Part shown: piece after piece, positions 26,601 through 40,003 of the stretch
Position numbering within the stretch: the first letter of the stretch is position 1
Layout: the number at the start of each line of letters is the position of its first letter
The notes under the pieces: generated by a model
The model's input: the letters and a program-made list of their open reading frames with translations, nothing else
The model's database searches: none
What the model was told of the DNA's origin: nothing
NCBI GenBank assembly: GCA_043228905.1
Contig: JBHGNT010000015.1
Location: 6,696,001 to 6,760,000 of the forward strand
Direction of reading: 5' to 3'
Length of the DNA stretch: 64,000 nt
From: Azolla caroliniana
Lineage: Eukaryota; Plantae; Polypodiophyta
Program-made: the position numbers and the translations under genes

Positions 26601-28050
26601 AGCCACTCCGTTTTGTTGTGGCGTACGTCGACATGAAAATTCTCGATGAATTCCTTCTTTCCTTAGATACGCCATAAACTCATCCGAGAAATATTCCTCG
26701 CCTCCATCTTGTTGCCGTAATTGAGAGTTGTTCTCGTAACCCGAGCCTTGTCCGCCTCGTCCTTGGCCGAATCGGCCTCTTCTTGCATGACTGCGTCCTC
26801 TTCCTCCATCCAAGTGCGTGTAGAGCATTTGGCCTTCCGAGCCATTACTCCTTGTTCGAACATGGTTTTCTTCAACCAAAAACATCAATTGAAGATCGAA
26901 GAAGGAGGGCAGATTCTCCTGTGCTAGTACGGCAGTTCGCATCGTGCCGAATCTGGTGCAAGCCGCCGAGACATATTTGCACCATCTCGTCATCCTCCAC
27001 GGTTACGCTTATCGAGCCGAGCGAATCACAAAGCTCCTTGAACTTCAAGGTGTAGCTCGTGACGGACATATCGCTTTGTTGGATATTATTCAACTTTTGG
27101 CGGAGTTGAAGCTTTCTCGCGGTAGTGTTGTCGGCGAAAATCTTTCGTAGATTCTCCCACACTTCCCTCGGTGTCTTGGCTTCTCGAATGTACCCGAGCA
27201 TGTCGTCGTGAACACATGTCGTCAAGAAATACATCACTCAGCTTGCCGCTTGCTCCCACGTTGCATAGTCGGCGTCTTCCAGCTTGGGTCGGTTTTCTTG
27301 TGCTCCCTTGATGTAACCCCAATAGCCTTGGCCAACAATGTATTGGTGCATCTTGTACTCCCAAAATGCAAAGTTGTTTCGGTCCAACTTCTCACTAGGG
27401 AGAGCACTCCCCTTTTGAGTATTCATTGTCAATTAAGCGTCCTTTCTTCTTTTCCTTCTCTCTCGAACACAAGCTATGTAGTGGTACTATGATAGCAATG
27501 AGCCGGTTCTTCTTGAACGTCGGCGTAGAGCACAACACACGATCACGAAGAGGCGAGTGGGCTAGGTCAAGCTACCAAATCGCTCTGATACCATGTAAAG
27601 AATCGGGTATGATTCTTGTGTAGTGGAAGAGATGTGTGTTATGTATATGTGTGAGAGGAATTAGAGGAGAGAAGAGAGAAAACAAGATAGATAGAAAAAG
27701 GAATACTCAAGAAGAAGGTGTATATTCACAAGTAGAATAGGAAATAAAAAATGTAGCATTACAAGGAGTCACAACCGACTTAATATGAAGTATGAAGAGG
27801 GTGCTTTATATAGAGTCACCCTCTCTCGTCATTAACTTACAACAACCACTCTCTCTCTTGGGGATTGGGGAATGTGAAGACTCATAGTCATGGGGAATAT
27901 GTAACTCATTAGTTATGTGTCATAGAATATGATTCTATGACACATAGTTAATCTGTAGAGAGTAGTTGTGTGACTCTTGACCTTTGAGTAATCATAGATT
28001 CTCAAAAGGTGTGTTCACACATTATGCTATGTTGAGCTTCATTCTCAACA
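23690..28050 (-). mobile_element. Ty1/copia element with paired 457-bp LTRs (23690-24146, 27594-28050) and an internal deletion
   Basis: TTTGT TSD; PBS TGGTATCAGAGC (tRNA-iMet) at 27582-27593; PPT at 24147-24158; RT YVDD and RNase H in ORF 24510-26201; gag fused directly to mid-integrase near 26705; about 15 LTR substitutions by eye. Confidence 0.95.
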
Positions 28051-28821
28051 TTTGTGAATCCCTTGAGTGCTTGATCCTTGTTGTTGTAGTGATACAATAG
28101 TCGCTTCAAGTTGTACACGTAACGTCAGCTCCCCGTGTTGTTGTTGTTTTTCAAGCACTATTTGTTGAAGATCCCCCAACAAACGGTGATTTTCTTGTTC
28201 TAGTGCTACAAATTTCTCTTTTAAGCACTACAGCTCTAAGAAAACAAATTGGTATTCCTGAGCGCTAATAGTTTCCAGTTTACTAGGGAGGATAAGAGGG
28301 TTAGTATGAGGGAAAGAAAGGGGTAAGAAGATGAGGGAAACCAGAAAGAAAACCAGAAAAAAGGGGATATGTAAGAAGATAAAAGGAAGAGGAGGAAAGG
28401 AGGAGATAGAAGGAGGCAAATTGGTTCAAACTGTCAGGAATAGTACTAAGACAGAGAAGAAATTAGTACTAAGAGAGGAATATTAGTACTAAGAGGAATA
28501 GAGGGTGTAGAACACGAGAGAGAGAGAGAGAGAAAATGATGATGACAACGATAGATTATGTGAGAAAAATATACAAGGAAGGCTAGGAGGCTAAAGACTA
28601 GTGTTGAACTGATTTGGTTCGAAATAATGCCTTGTGCCTCCTTTTATAGTGTTCTCAGGAGTAATCCTGAAGCTTCTAGAATGTTCTAGAGAAATCTGGA
28701 ATATACATTAATTTTCTATAGTAAAACTTAAATTTTATATATTACAATAGATAGTGTAATGGTCAAGAGCTCGACCCATGTAAAATAAGGTCATGGGTTC
28801 GAGTCTTGCAATATCATGACA

Positions 28822-29043
28822 CACTTCTTTCTACGTAAGCAGGGACAACTTTTTCATCAACAACTCTTGTATCTTCATATAAACCTTATGGCTAAGAAAC
28901 ATTACATGCTAAGTTTAAAATAAAGGGAAAATTAACAAAGCAATCCAATGAAAAACAATCATCACATAGAATACTCACTTTTGAAACTCTATGACCATTT
29001 CATCCAAGCTGAACTCCTTGGCGGTCACACTTGATAAAACAGA
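28822..29043 (-). pseudogene. Upstream exons of the methyltransferase gene
   Basis: SVLSSVTAKEFSLDEMVIEFQ, GT-AG intron 28978-28892 (GTGAGT...TTAG), then NHKVYMKIQELLMKKLSLLT*KE; contiguous with 11614 once the chromovirus is removed. Confidence 0.6.
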
Positions 29044-29464
29044 TGTTAAAGTTAATATGTGGAAGCTTTGACAAACCGGTTTGTTCGGATAGCAACAGAA
29101 AATATACACAGGTTTAATGGAAGCTTATATCACATAGATAGAGAGGGGGAGAGACAGAGAGAGTAAAGCAAAATAAACTACATTCAAAATAATAACACTA
29201 TGTACATACAATGTGCTCAGTGAGCCCTTTTATACAAACCCATAAAGGACTGACAGAAGTACTAAAAATTACTTCAATGCTCATACAAGCGACTGACACT
29301 AACTCCAAGGAATCTTCCTACGTACTAGGCTAAGATTGTAGACCTCTAACGGCCTACCGGTGATAATCCGATCTGGCTCTCCATTCCAGTTCCTGGTTCT
29401 AGATACTGATCTGGCTTTGGCTTATTTAGTCGATCTAGATCTGGTTGAGGTTGTCCGCTAAACA
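29044..29464 (-). mobile_element. 3' LTR of a copia element (PPT 29465-29478; body continues 42560-44121)
   Basis: TG...CA ends; similar in reverse to LTR 52783-53226; followed by CTCACCCTCAAG. Confidence 0.8.
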
Positions 29465-32317
29465 CTCACCCTCAAGCTCAACTTGAGGTCGGATTGTGGT
29501 GTCAGTGTTTGTGTTTGCCGATTCTTTCCTTCGCATAATAACCAAGATCATTAATCCTAAAATAAAGACATGAATGACACAATCATACTGAAAATATGCG
29601 CTACCACCCATCCGCCCCCGCGCAAGAGTCAACAACGCAGACGAGGAATACCAACCAGGATCTCCACATCAGGACTTTGATAGATGTCTAGTCCACATTA
29701 AAGAGAGCTTCGTCAAAACCACTCATGGGGCTCCCCCTGACTAAGGAGAGTATGCTCTATCTATAGGACCTAGGCCATGTAATGACATCTATGTGACCAA
29801 TCATGTGTGGGGTACCCAATGACACACATTAGGTTAGTCACATAAAGACGAAGACTCAGATATTACAGTATGATAGACCCCACATAAGCACGTCTAAACC
29901 AATGAACATTACATACTCCCCCCCTCCGTTTAATTGCACTCTTGCAATGGGAAGTTAGGAGAATGTTTGCGTAATGTCTCTTCAGTTTTCGACGTGTTGT
30001 CTTCTTCTAATCTATCCTTCCACTTAACCTTATAGCGATGAACAACCTTTGACCTTAGGTTTCTGGACCTATGGTCAATGATTTTCTCAGGTTCATGTGG
30101 AGCAAAACGATCATCCTCCAATGTCGATATATTAGACGGTGATACAACATTATCATCATAACCAATTGCCTCCTTTAATCGACTCACGTGGAATACAGGA
30201 TGAACCATAATGTTGGAAGGAAAATCTAAATGATAAGCATTGGGACCTATACATTTTAAAACTTTATATGGTTCACAATACCGTGGGGCTAATTTTGCAC
30301 ATGGTCCTGTTCTCAATGTTTTTGAGTCCTTAGGAACCCATAGAAAAACCTATTGTCCTACGTGGAATTCCCTTTGTTTCCTATCATGATTCACATAAAA
30401 GTCATTTCTGTCCCATGCCATCCTAAGGTTTTCTTCTGCTAATTTACATGCTTCAAGCATATCAAAGAGAAAATCCTTTGTATTATCCAATGTATACAAA
30501 TCAAATGAAACATCAATAGGAGGACGTGGCGTATAACCATACATCAACATGAACGGAATGTATTTTGTTGATCTATTGTTAGCGCTGTTGTAGGCAAATT
30601 CCACCATAGAAGGTAAATCTCCCATAATGAGGGTTTTTGCGCTACATATTCTCTCAACATATCCTCTAATATCTGATTCACTCTCTCAGTGTGCCCATCT
30701 TACTGAGGATGATCAGAATGTGCTTTTAAACTTGGAGTCTCGATCACTTACAATCTCCATCGGTAGACCATATAAGCTATAAAGATATTTAATAAACTTA
30801 ATAGCCAATTGCTTTGCGATAATTGTGGATTTTGTTGGAATGAATCTTGCCATCTTGGTAAGCCGATCAACAACCACCCAAATGGCATTATTTCCCTCAG
30901 TGGAACGAGGTAATCTAACTATGAAATCCATGGATATAGTTTGCCACTTTTAAGCTGGAATATCGAGAGGTTGCAATAAGCCAACTTTTTTCTGTTGTTC
31001 GGCCTTAATGACCTGACATGGTGGACAATGTATAACATAGGACTCTACCTTAGGTTTCATTTTTGGCTAGAAAAACATATCTTTAATCAAAGCTAATGTT
31101 CTTTGCACACCAGGATGTCCAGTAGAAGGGGCATCATGACATTCATACAAAATTTTATTCTTGATATCCTTTAGGTGTGGTATGCAAACCTTACTATTGC
31201 GGTACAATAACCCATTCGCAACATACTAAAGGTTCTTCGGGGTAGATATGGTTCCATAATCCATGTCAGTACCTGTTCTAGCTCTCTTCCAGAACTTGGA
31301 AAATTTTCTGTCATCAAGTTATTTCTGTTTACCCCGGATCAAATCAAATAAGTCGTTAAATTCCACGAAACTTAGGGCATTGATTTCTCGAATACGACTC
31401 AAAGCATCTGAAACGGAATTCAAAGCCCCTTTTCCATATGTAATTTTGAAATCAAAGTCTTGCATCAGCTCTGGCCATCTTGCCTTTCGACCCTCAAAAT
31501 TCTTTTGAGAGAGGAAGTATTGCAAGGATTTGTGGTCCGTTAAAACAGTACATTGACTACCATACAAATAATGTTGTCATTTCTTTAAGGTATAAATGAT
31601 AGCAAATAATTCTTTTTCTTGAACCGAGTAATTTCTTTGGGCCGAAACCAATTTTTTGCTTTCAAAAGCAATTGGTCTCCCAATTAGAAATAATGCACAC
31701 CCAATAGCATAATCACTTGCATCTGTCTCAACTAGAAATGTTTGATTAGGATCAGGTATAGCTAAAGTAGGCGCATTCACAATTAATGACTTCAGTTTAT
31801 TGAAGGTTTCTTCAAGAGAGGCATTCCACTCAATAGGTTTAGTGGACTTTCTTGTAATACCCTTCATTAGGTCCGGAAATGGTGCAATGTAGGATGAATA
31901 GTTTTGAAGATATCTTCTTAAGAATCCAACAAATCCTAAGAAAGATCATAAGTCCTTAACATTTGAAGGTCATGGCCAGTATAATATGGAATCTATCTTA
32001 GATTTATCGATAGACACACACGACCTAGATATGTGGTGTCCAAGATACATAAATTCCTTTCGAAAGAAATCACATTTAGAGAGTTTGGCAAATAGCTTGT
32101 CCAAAACTATTTGGACATGACGCACATGATCCTTAAATGTTTTACTATATACCATGATGTCATTAACGAATACGAACAGGAAATCGCCTAATTGATCTCT
32201 GAATATATCATTCATCAATTGCTATAATGTGGCTGGAGCGTCGGTCAATCCAAATGATAGAACCCGAAACTCATATTGACCATAACGAGTTCGGAAAGCT
32301 GTTTTGGAAACATCTTC

Positions 32318-32715
32318 TACGATGGAAGAAACAGAAAACAGAAATAAGAAGACACAAAATATTAATGTGGAAAACCTCAAGAGGCAAAAACACGGGAGTT
32401 CTCGGAGCTCCGAGTAGGATGACTATAGGGCAGAGGTACTACAAAGTGAGATCCAGCGCAACTACCTCGAGCTGTCTTCGCCAACCGGCGGGAGACTCAG
32501 TTGTGGGTGAGTGCTATTCCGCACACCTTGGACCCCCACGACTTGATAAGTGGAACCATGGAGGCGGTCTTGTTCAATGACACTCTCGGGGAGATCGAGA
32601 AGGTGGTCAAGGAAGGCTTGAGAGAAGACTAGATGATACCGGTCGGTTCGATCGAAATGTACCAGGAAATAGAGAAGTTCAGACGAATGGTCGGGTCGGG
32701 TCGGACTAATGATAG
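32318..32715 (-). mobile_element. Degenerate LTR fragment inserted in the chromovirus RT
   Basis: GTGGAAAACC...AAAAACACGGG and CTCGAGCTGTCTTCGCC blocks resemble the 18071-18764 LTR; interrupts RT. Confidence 0.55.
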
Positions 32716-34832
32716 CTAGTGTGCAAGTCTACCTTAGTAAAATATCTTGCAATTTGGAGTCTATCTATCAAGTCATTAGAATGAGGCAAAGGGTAGGAAT
32801 TGTCAATGGTGAGTTTATTCAATTGAAATTTACACACATTCGTCAAGTTCCATCCTTCTTCTTAGCCAAGATGACGGGAGCTCCCCGTGGAGATTTTCTA
32901 TACTGGATGTGTCCCATCCTCAAGTACTCAATTTGTCGGGCAATTTCATCCTCTTTGGTTCGACTCAACTGATAAGGGGGTATACTCATAGGTTTAGCAC
33001 TTGGACCAAGTTTATCTTATGATCTATAGACCAAGAAGGAGGTAATCCTTGAGGTAACTTATCCGGAAATAAGTCCTTAAAATGCGACAAGATGTTACGT
33101 AGAGCATCTTTCTCAAAATCATGCAATGAACTCTTATCTACAAATTGATATAGAGGATCATTGGGTTGTAATATACGTGCATAAAATTGTGCATCGACAT
33201 TTCGATCATAAGTATAAAGATTATTAACAGACATTAAATTGTTTATCGCAATCCCCTGAATAAAAACTTGTTGGTTGTTATTTCCATCAAAAGAAATAGT
33301 ATGATTCAACCAATCGATATCAAGACTATGTCTACTATAAAACCATATGTAACCAAGACCTACATCTACCGTTCGTAAACACATTACATGAAAAGTCAAC
33401 TTTTCAGTGTAGTTATTGATTACTAGGTGTACACCATATGCAATTAATGAATGCCTTTGGACATGGCCTCCCGCAATAAGGACTTTGTAGTCATGGTCAC
33501 TTTTGGTTGTTTTTATTCGTAACATCTGCACCATATTAGAGTCAAGATAATTATGAGTGCTACCACAGTCAAATAGTATAGTTACACCTTGCTTGTGGAT
33601 AGTCCCATAAGTTTTAAGTAAATCATGTGCTCCAAGTATATATTTTTTTAATGCAATAGTGCTAACGGAATTCAAATAATTCAAGAACATACTTGGATTA
33701 TTGGAAGTTGATGGCTTTCTTTGCGGAATGTTGGATTTACCGCTTTCCTTTCTCCGCCTACAGTCGTTGGCTTTATGCCCATGCTTGTTACAAAAGTTGC
33801 AGATTATTACCCGCCTTTTCGCATTGTCGCTTTGACCTATCGAAGACGGTTGGTATCTACGTTTACCGCTTTCTCCTTCCAATTCTTTTGGTTTGTAATG
33901 AGCTTTTGTATCAAATAGAATGCAGACACGTTCCATCGCTTCTCCCAAAGTCTTGGGTTGATGAGCATGGATCTCATAATGAAAATCTTTATTATGGAAA
34001 CTATTAATATATAATCCTATCAATATTTCCTCATTAGAAGCTGACAAAAGTCCATGCTTTGTTTTCATGTCGTACAAATACTAATTGAATTGGTCAATAG
34101 TCCTGCCCTTATCAGACAAGTGACACATATCTTGTATCACTTGAGAAGTGTTCTTGGGACGGAAAAATTCCGTCCTGAGAGTCTTTTCAAATGCCTCCCA
34201 TGTTCAAGGTTTTCTATCCAACCGCTCCCACCAAGAGTTTGCAATACCGATCATTTCACGAATTGCCATATCGATCTTTTCAGAGTCATTCTGAATATCT
34301 CGAGACGAAAGTGAGCATTCCATCGGTTTATCCAACTACTCACAAACTCGTGGTTGCGTATTGCTTATCCCTTCCCGAGAACTTTTGAGGAGTAAATGAA
34401 GGCTTATTCGTATTGCTTGATGTGGAAGTGTGTGCCTTTAACTCCAAAATCTATTCTTGAAGGTTTTCAAACTGATGCTTATTGGCGTCAAGAAGCCCTT
34501 CAAGTTTGGAGAGGAACGTAGTTATGACCATTGTCGTTGACCTGACAATATCGTCTTGCATTTTACGGGAATCATCCCTCGTGACCAATTCGATATCATC
34601 GTTAATATCCTCGTCACGGATTGGAGATATTGGTCGGTTGTCCTCATCTCGCATTGGAGAATTGGATGACCTTGACGGGTGGGAGATGTGGAATGTGTCG
34701 AAAAACTTTGTTGGTTGGGAGATGTGTGATGTGCAGAATTGCGAGAGGAGGAAGCCATGAAAAATAAGGAGAGTTGAGAGAGTAAAGAAATAAGTATACT
34801 AAATTCTAAAGTATTAAAGTGTTATAAAATAT

Positions 34833-37800
34833 TGTAAGGAAAGGAGAGTGATTGTATGCAGCGGTACAACTGTGTGTGTGTGTGTGCACGTATGAGCACT
34901 TATGCGAAACTAAGAGAGAGATAGAGAGACTTAAGATGAGACAACTATATATTACTTCCACCAGTAACGAAGTTACAAAAGGTTGGCTTAAATGCCAACT
35001 AAACTAGGGCAAAGGACCTTTCTACTATTTACAAAACTAACCTAGTATGTCCATGAGCTAGTGTGAAACCTATTTCTATGGGAAGTTGAGTTCAATTCTC
35101 AACATGCCTCTTCGAACACAAGTTCCAGACATCTCAAAATTGTTTCGGATCAGTTTTTGGAACACTTCAAACTTCGATTGTTTGGCTTTTCAGTTGTGTA
35201 CTCCTTGTTTGGCTTTGATCAATCGATCGGTTCACTGTTATGTACTCCTCCTCAAGCTCGGTTGATCTGGAATAGATAGGTCAAGGTTCGACCGAATGGC
35301 TGCAGCTTGTCGATACCCAGGGCTTTCGTGAAAATGTTGGCTACTTGTAGATTCGTGCTGATGTGATGTAAGTCTATATCTCCAACTTGCATGGGTTTGC
35401 GGATGAAGTGGTAGTGCACTTTGGCATGCTTAGTACGTGCGTGGAATACGGGGTTCTGCGCTAGGTAGATATTGCTCATGTTGTCATAGTATAGACGAAT
35501 CAAATACTTGATGGGTACACCCAGATCCTTCAGTATACGCTTGAGCCTTACAGCTTTGCATGCGACGACCGTCGCGCCCCTGTATTCGGCTTCCGTGCTC
35601 GATAGTGCGATTGTCGGTTGCTTCTTGCTACTCCATGAGATTGCTTTGCTGCCGAGGGAGAAGACGAATCTTGATGTTGACCGTCTATCTAGTTTATAAC
35701 CTGCCCAGTCCGCGTATGTGTACCCTTCAAGTCGAATTATTGTATTTGATCCGTATTTAATGCCGTAATCCATTGTACCACATGCGTACCGAAGTATCCT
35801 CTTAGCGCAATCAAGATGAAGGTTTCATGGATTCTGCATGAAATGGCTAAGTAGGCCGACTGAATAGTCGAGGTTGGGGTGTGTAATGGTTAGGTAGATG
35901 AGGCTGCTGAGTTGGCTTGCACTCGGCTGTGCCAGAATCGACATCAAGCTTGAGATTACGGCCAAGCGGGATGGATACAAGTTTGCACTCTGTCATCCCG
36001 AACTTGTAGAGTAAGTTGAGGACATAGTGTCGTTTTGAGATCATTATCCCGATAGGTGTCTGAATTACTTCGATGCCTAAGAAGTAATGGAGCTCGTGTA
36101 GGTCTTTCATTTCAAATCTGCCAAAGAGAAGTGTTTTGACCTTGTTAATCTCGGCGAGATCCTTTCCTCTGATGACCAAAATCCACGTATAGGATGATGA
36201 CAATCGGGCTATCCGACTCATATCGGATGTAAAGAGAATTATAGGATTTTGACATTCAAAATCTGATTTGATGAAGATATTGTGCGATCTTTGAATGCCA
36301 CGCACGTGGTGCTTGTTTGAGGCCGTAGAGTGACTTCTTGAGTCGGTACACGACGCTCAGATGATTGCGCGATTCAAAACCGGGTGGTTGGATCATGTAC
36401 GCCTCCTCTTCTAATTCACCTTGAAGAAAGACATTCTTGACGTCCATCTGGTGGAGGTGCCACCCTTTTTCTTGTGGCCCATTAAGCGTTGTCGTAATCG
36501 GGCTTTCTTCGTACATGCGCGTGAGCTGATCTTTGGCTTCAATCTCTATTTCGGTGTATTCCGGGTTGAGCGGAATTAGAGTCGAAGTCATCTCTAGTGC
36601 ACACCAGGATGTGGAATCATCAAACAACGATGTCTCGACTCACTTGAGATTTTTGAGTTGAGGGATTATAGCACCTGCACCCCTTTTGCTCTAGGGAGTA
36701 TCCTACGAGGATACATTTCTCCGACTTTGGGTCGAGCTTTTGTCGCTTCTCTTCGGGGATGTGAACATACGCGATTGAGCCGAAAATACGGACCAAGGTT
36801 GTTAGGTACATTAGGTACGGTATGGATACCATGTGTATTTAACGTATTAATACTCATGTAGTACCTCCCAATTTAAAAATACGTTAAATATGTTTTCTTA
36901 ATATGTTAAATACTTATAAAATACGTATTTTACGTATAGCACGTTAAATACTTCTAGAATTTGAAAATTATTTAGCTTTCTAAAAAATATCTATAATATT
37001 GTAAAAAACATCTATGTTTACACAATTTTGTGATGTACAATATAGTTCTACATCCTAAAATGCATATAAGACATTTGAACATTTCACATCCTAAAATACT
37101 TGTAGTAATATGGATGTCGACATTCCCTTATTCTATAAATCACTGTAAGTGTGTATCATGATGTTCTACTTCACATTGTAATTATTTACAATTATGCCTT
37201 CATAGATTGAGGAATTGTCTACGATTATCACACTCATGATAGGTTTCTCTTTTCTTCGTTTTCTTCTTCTTCTTCTTCTTCTACCTTCTGTGATTATCAC
37301 ACTCAAGACAACTTTATGTCTTTTTCTTTATCTTCTTCATCGTCATCTCTTCTATTCTTCTTTCTTGCTTCCTTTGGCTTCTTTTTCACTAAAATCTTTT
37401 TTTTTCTTTTGCTTTTTGTTAGGGGTTTACTTACATTTTCTTTATAAATACGTATTATACCTGTTTTTTTATAAATACGTTAAATACCGTATTGGACAAA
37501 TGTACATGATATTTCACTGAACAACATTGAGGTATAGGACGTACTATACAAATGATGAGGTATTATACGTATTTAAACGTTAAATACGGGTACGTAAACA
37601 ACCATGATACGAACATGTGATAAGTTTGGCTTCTTTCCAGAGAACTTCTTGTGGAGGGTTACGTCGCGGACTTGTTCATTAGGTATATAGCCGTGTTCGC
37701 CGCTTCTGTCCAATACGATTTCAGAAGGTTTTTCTCGTTCATCATCGCCTGTGCAACCTCTATTATGTGCCGGTTCTTTCGCTCGGCTATGACATTTTGC

Positions 37801-40003
37801 TGAGGTGTGTGACGACATGGGAATTCTCGTGGGATTCCTTCCTTTCGGAGATATGTCGTAAACTCATCTGAAAAATATTTCTTGCCTCCATCCGATCGAA
37901 GGCATCGTACGTGACGACCTGTGGCTTTCTCGACTTTGGTTTTGAACCTTTGGAAGTGACCGAACACTTCACTCTTCTGCTTCATCGGGTAGATCCAGGT
38001 CGATGAATGTAACATAATATTGGCAACCTCCGAATGTTGCCATCTGGGCTGGTCCTCACACATCTAAATGTACGACATCCAGGATCCCTTTGCTCACATT
38101 CTGCTCTTTCAGGAATGGATGTTGGTGTTGCTTTCCGAACTGGCACGCTTCGCATACGCCTGTAATCTCCTTCCTGGTAAAGTTTGAGAGTCCGATTACG
38201 ACTCATTTTGATTGCATATTCTGGAGCTTCTAGAGGTTGATGTGGCCAATTCTCTTGTGCCACAGTCTCAAGTCTGTTTCGACTTTGATGCCATTAGGAA
38301 ACATACCGGACTTCACCTCGCTTGACTCGAGGATGAACATTCGGCCTTCTCGACAGCCATGAGCTACGACTCGATTGTCTTTTTCGATAAAGCATCCGTC
38401 AATCTTATATCGTACTTGCATGCCTTGTTTGACAATCTGGCCGACCGAGACTAGGTTCTTCATGATGGTTGGGATATGCTGGACATTTTTGAGGTAGTTT
38501 TGTTTGCCTTTGTTTCCGAATGGGACGTTCCCGATATGCTGTATTAAATGAGTCGTGGCATCGCCTGTTTCGACATATCCAGGCGGTTCGGGTTCTCGTA
38601 ATTCCCGGAACCAATCTTCATGAAATGTCATATGATTGGATGCTCCTGAGTCAACGAACCATACATTATCTGAGGGTGTGGTGCTTGTTTCACCTTGTGT
38701 CGCCATTGAGTGTGTTTTGTGCCTCATCATGAACATTCCGCTACGATCATCGTAGTCAAAATTCGAGGCGTAATTCGTGCACATTCCGCTATGATTGTTA
38801 TAGTCGGAATTTGATGCGTTATTCGTGAGTTGTCAACTTGTTGAAGTGGAGTCTCTCTTCTTCTTTCAACACTCTTCTTCATAGTGTCCCAGTTTTCCGT
38901 AGTATCCACATTCGATTGGGTGATTGCGATTGCTTGGTCCAGTGTGATGACTCCCCCTTCTGCCGAACTCTCTAGAATTGTTCCTGTCCACTTACAATTG
39001 GTGGGAATTACTCTCTTGGATATGCCAACTGTGACGGCCTGTCCGAATCGACCTCTATTTCCACGACAAAAATTTCTTCTATCATCCGATTGAGAGTAGA
39101 GCATATGACCCTTTGGTGCGTTGCTCCTTTGTTGGGCGTGATTTTCTTCGACTAGCAATATTGATTGGAGATCTAATTGAGCCAAATCGGGGTGCTAAGC
39201 CACCGAGGCATATTTGCGCCATCTCGTCATCATCGATGATGACATTGATCGATCCAAGGGCGTCACATAGCTCCTTGATCTTCAAGGTATATATGTTGAT
39301 TGACATGTCCCTTTGATGAATATTGTTCAGCTCTTGACGAAGTTGAAGCTGACGGGTTGCCGTATTGGCCGCAAAGATCTTCTTAAGATTGCCCCAAGCT
39401 TCTTGTTCACCTCTCGAATATAGTTGAGCATGTGAACATGTACGCGTGATGCAAAGCAATACAACACACGGCTTGCAGCCTGCACCCAAACGGGATAGTC
39501 GTCGTGTTGGGTTGGGTTGTGTTTCATGAGCTCCTTCAATATAGCTCCAATATCCTTGTTCGACAAGGTACTCATGCATCTTGTACTCCCAAGATGCGAA
39601 GTTTGTCTTGTCCAGCTTCTTCGTAGGAAGAGCGCGTCCCATCTGAGTATTCATGATGATTTCTTCTCTGTTTCTTGAACCAGTTCTGTTGATTATCGGT
39701 ATGTAGAACACCACAGTCGATTAGTCTTGATTAGAAAGCCACACGCTGTAATACCATGTAAAGAAAGGAGAGTGATTGTGTACAGCGATAGGACTGTGTG
39801 TGTTCGCGTATGAGCACTTATGCAAAACAAAAAGAGAGAGAGAGAGACTTAAGATGAGAAAAGTAGCAACATTACAAAAGGTTGGTTTAAATACCAACTA
39901 AACTAGGGCAAGGGCCCTTTCTACTATTTACAAAACTAGCCTGATATGTCCATGAGCTAGTGTGAAACCTATTTCTATGGGAAGTTGAGTTCGATTCTCA
40001 ACA
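34833..40003 (-). mobile_element. Degenerate Ty1/copia element with LTRs 34833-35104 and 39757-40003
   Basis: Paired LTRs; degenerate Met PBS at 39745-39756; gag, protease WFVDSGASNH, integrase CLRSDGG, RT and RNase H; TSD imperfect. Confidence 0.9.
36794..37606. mobile_element. Non-autonomous hAT-type element (MITE), 813 bp
   Basis: TIR CAAGGTTGTT/CATGGTTGTT; 8-bp TSD ATACGGAC/ATACGAAC; subterminal TACGT/ACGTTAAATA repeats; splits the copia HVRIFG motif. Confidence 0.85.

Larger units (their letters stand above)
11615..28821 (-). mobile_element. Ty3/gypsy chromovirus (Tcn1-like), split by two nested elements; LTRs 11615-~11745 (truncated) and 28506-28821
   Basis: gag EPKIGLPAKFDG and CLYCGGPGH knuckle; protease; RT PPWGPIY...[15 protein letters not shown] and YLDD; integrase LTVVDRYTKM, ISDCGPQF; chromodomain YEVAAILDS...YYLVDWLGY; TSD not recognisable. 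Confidence 0.85.
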
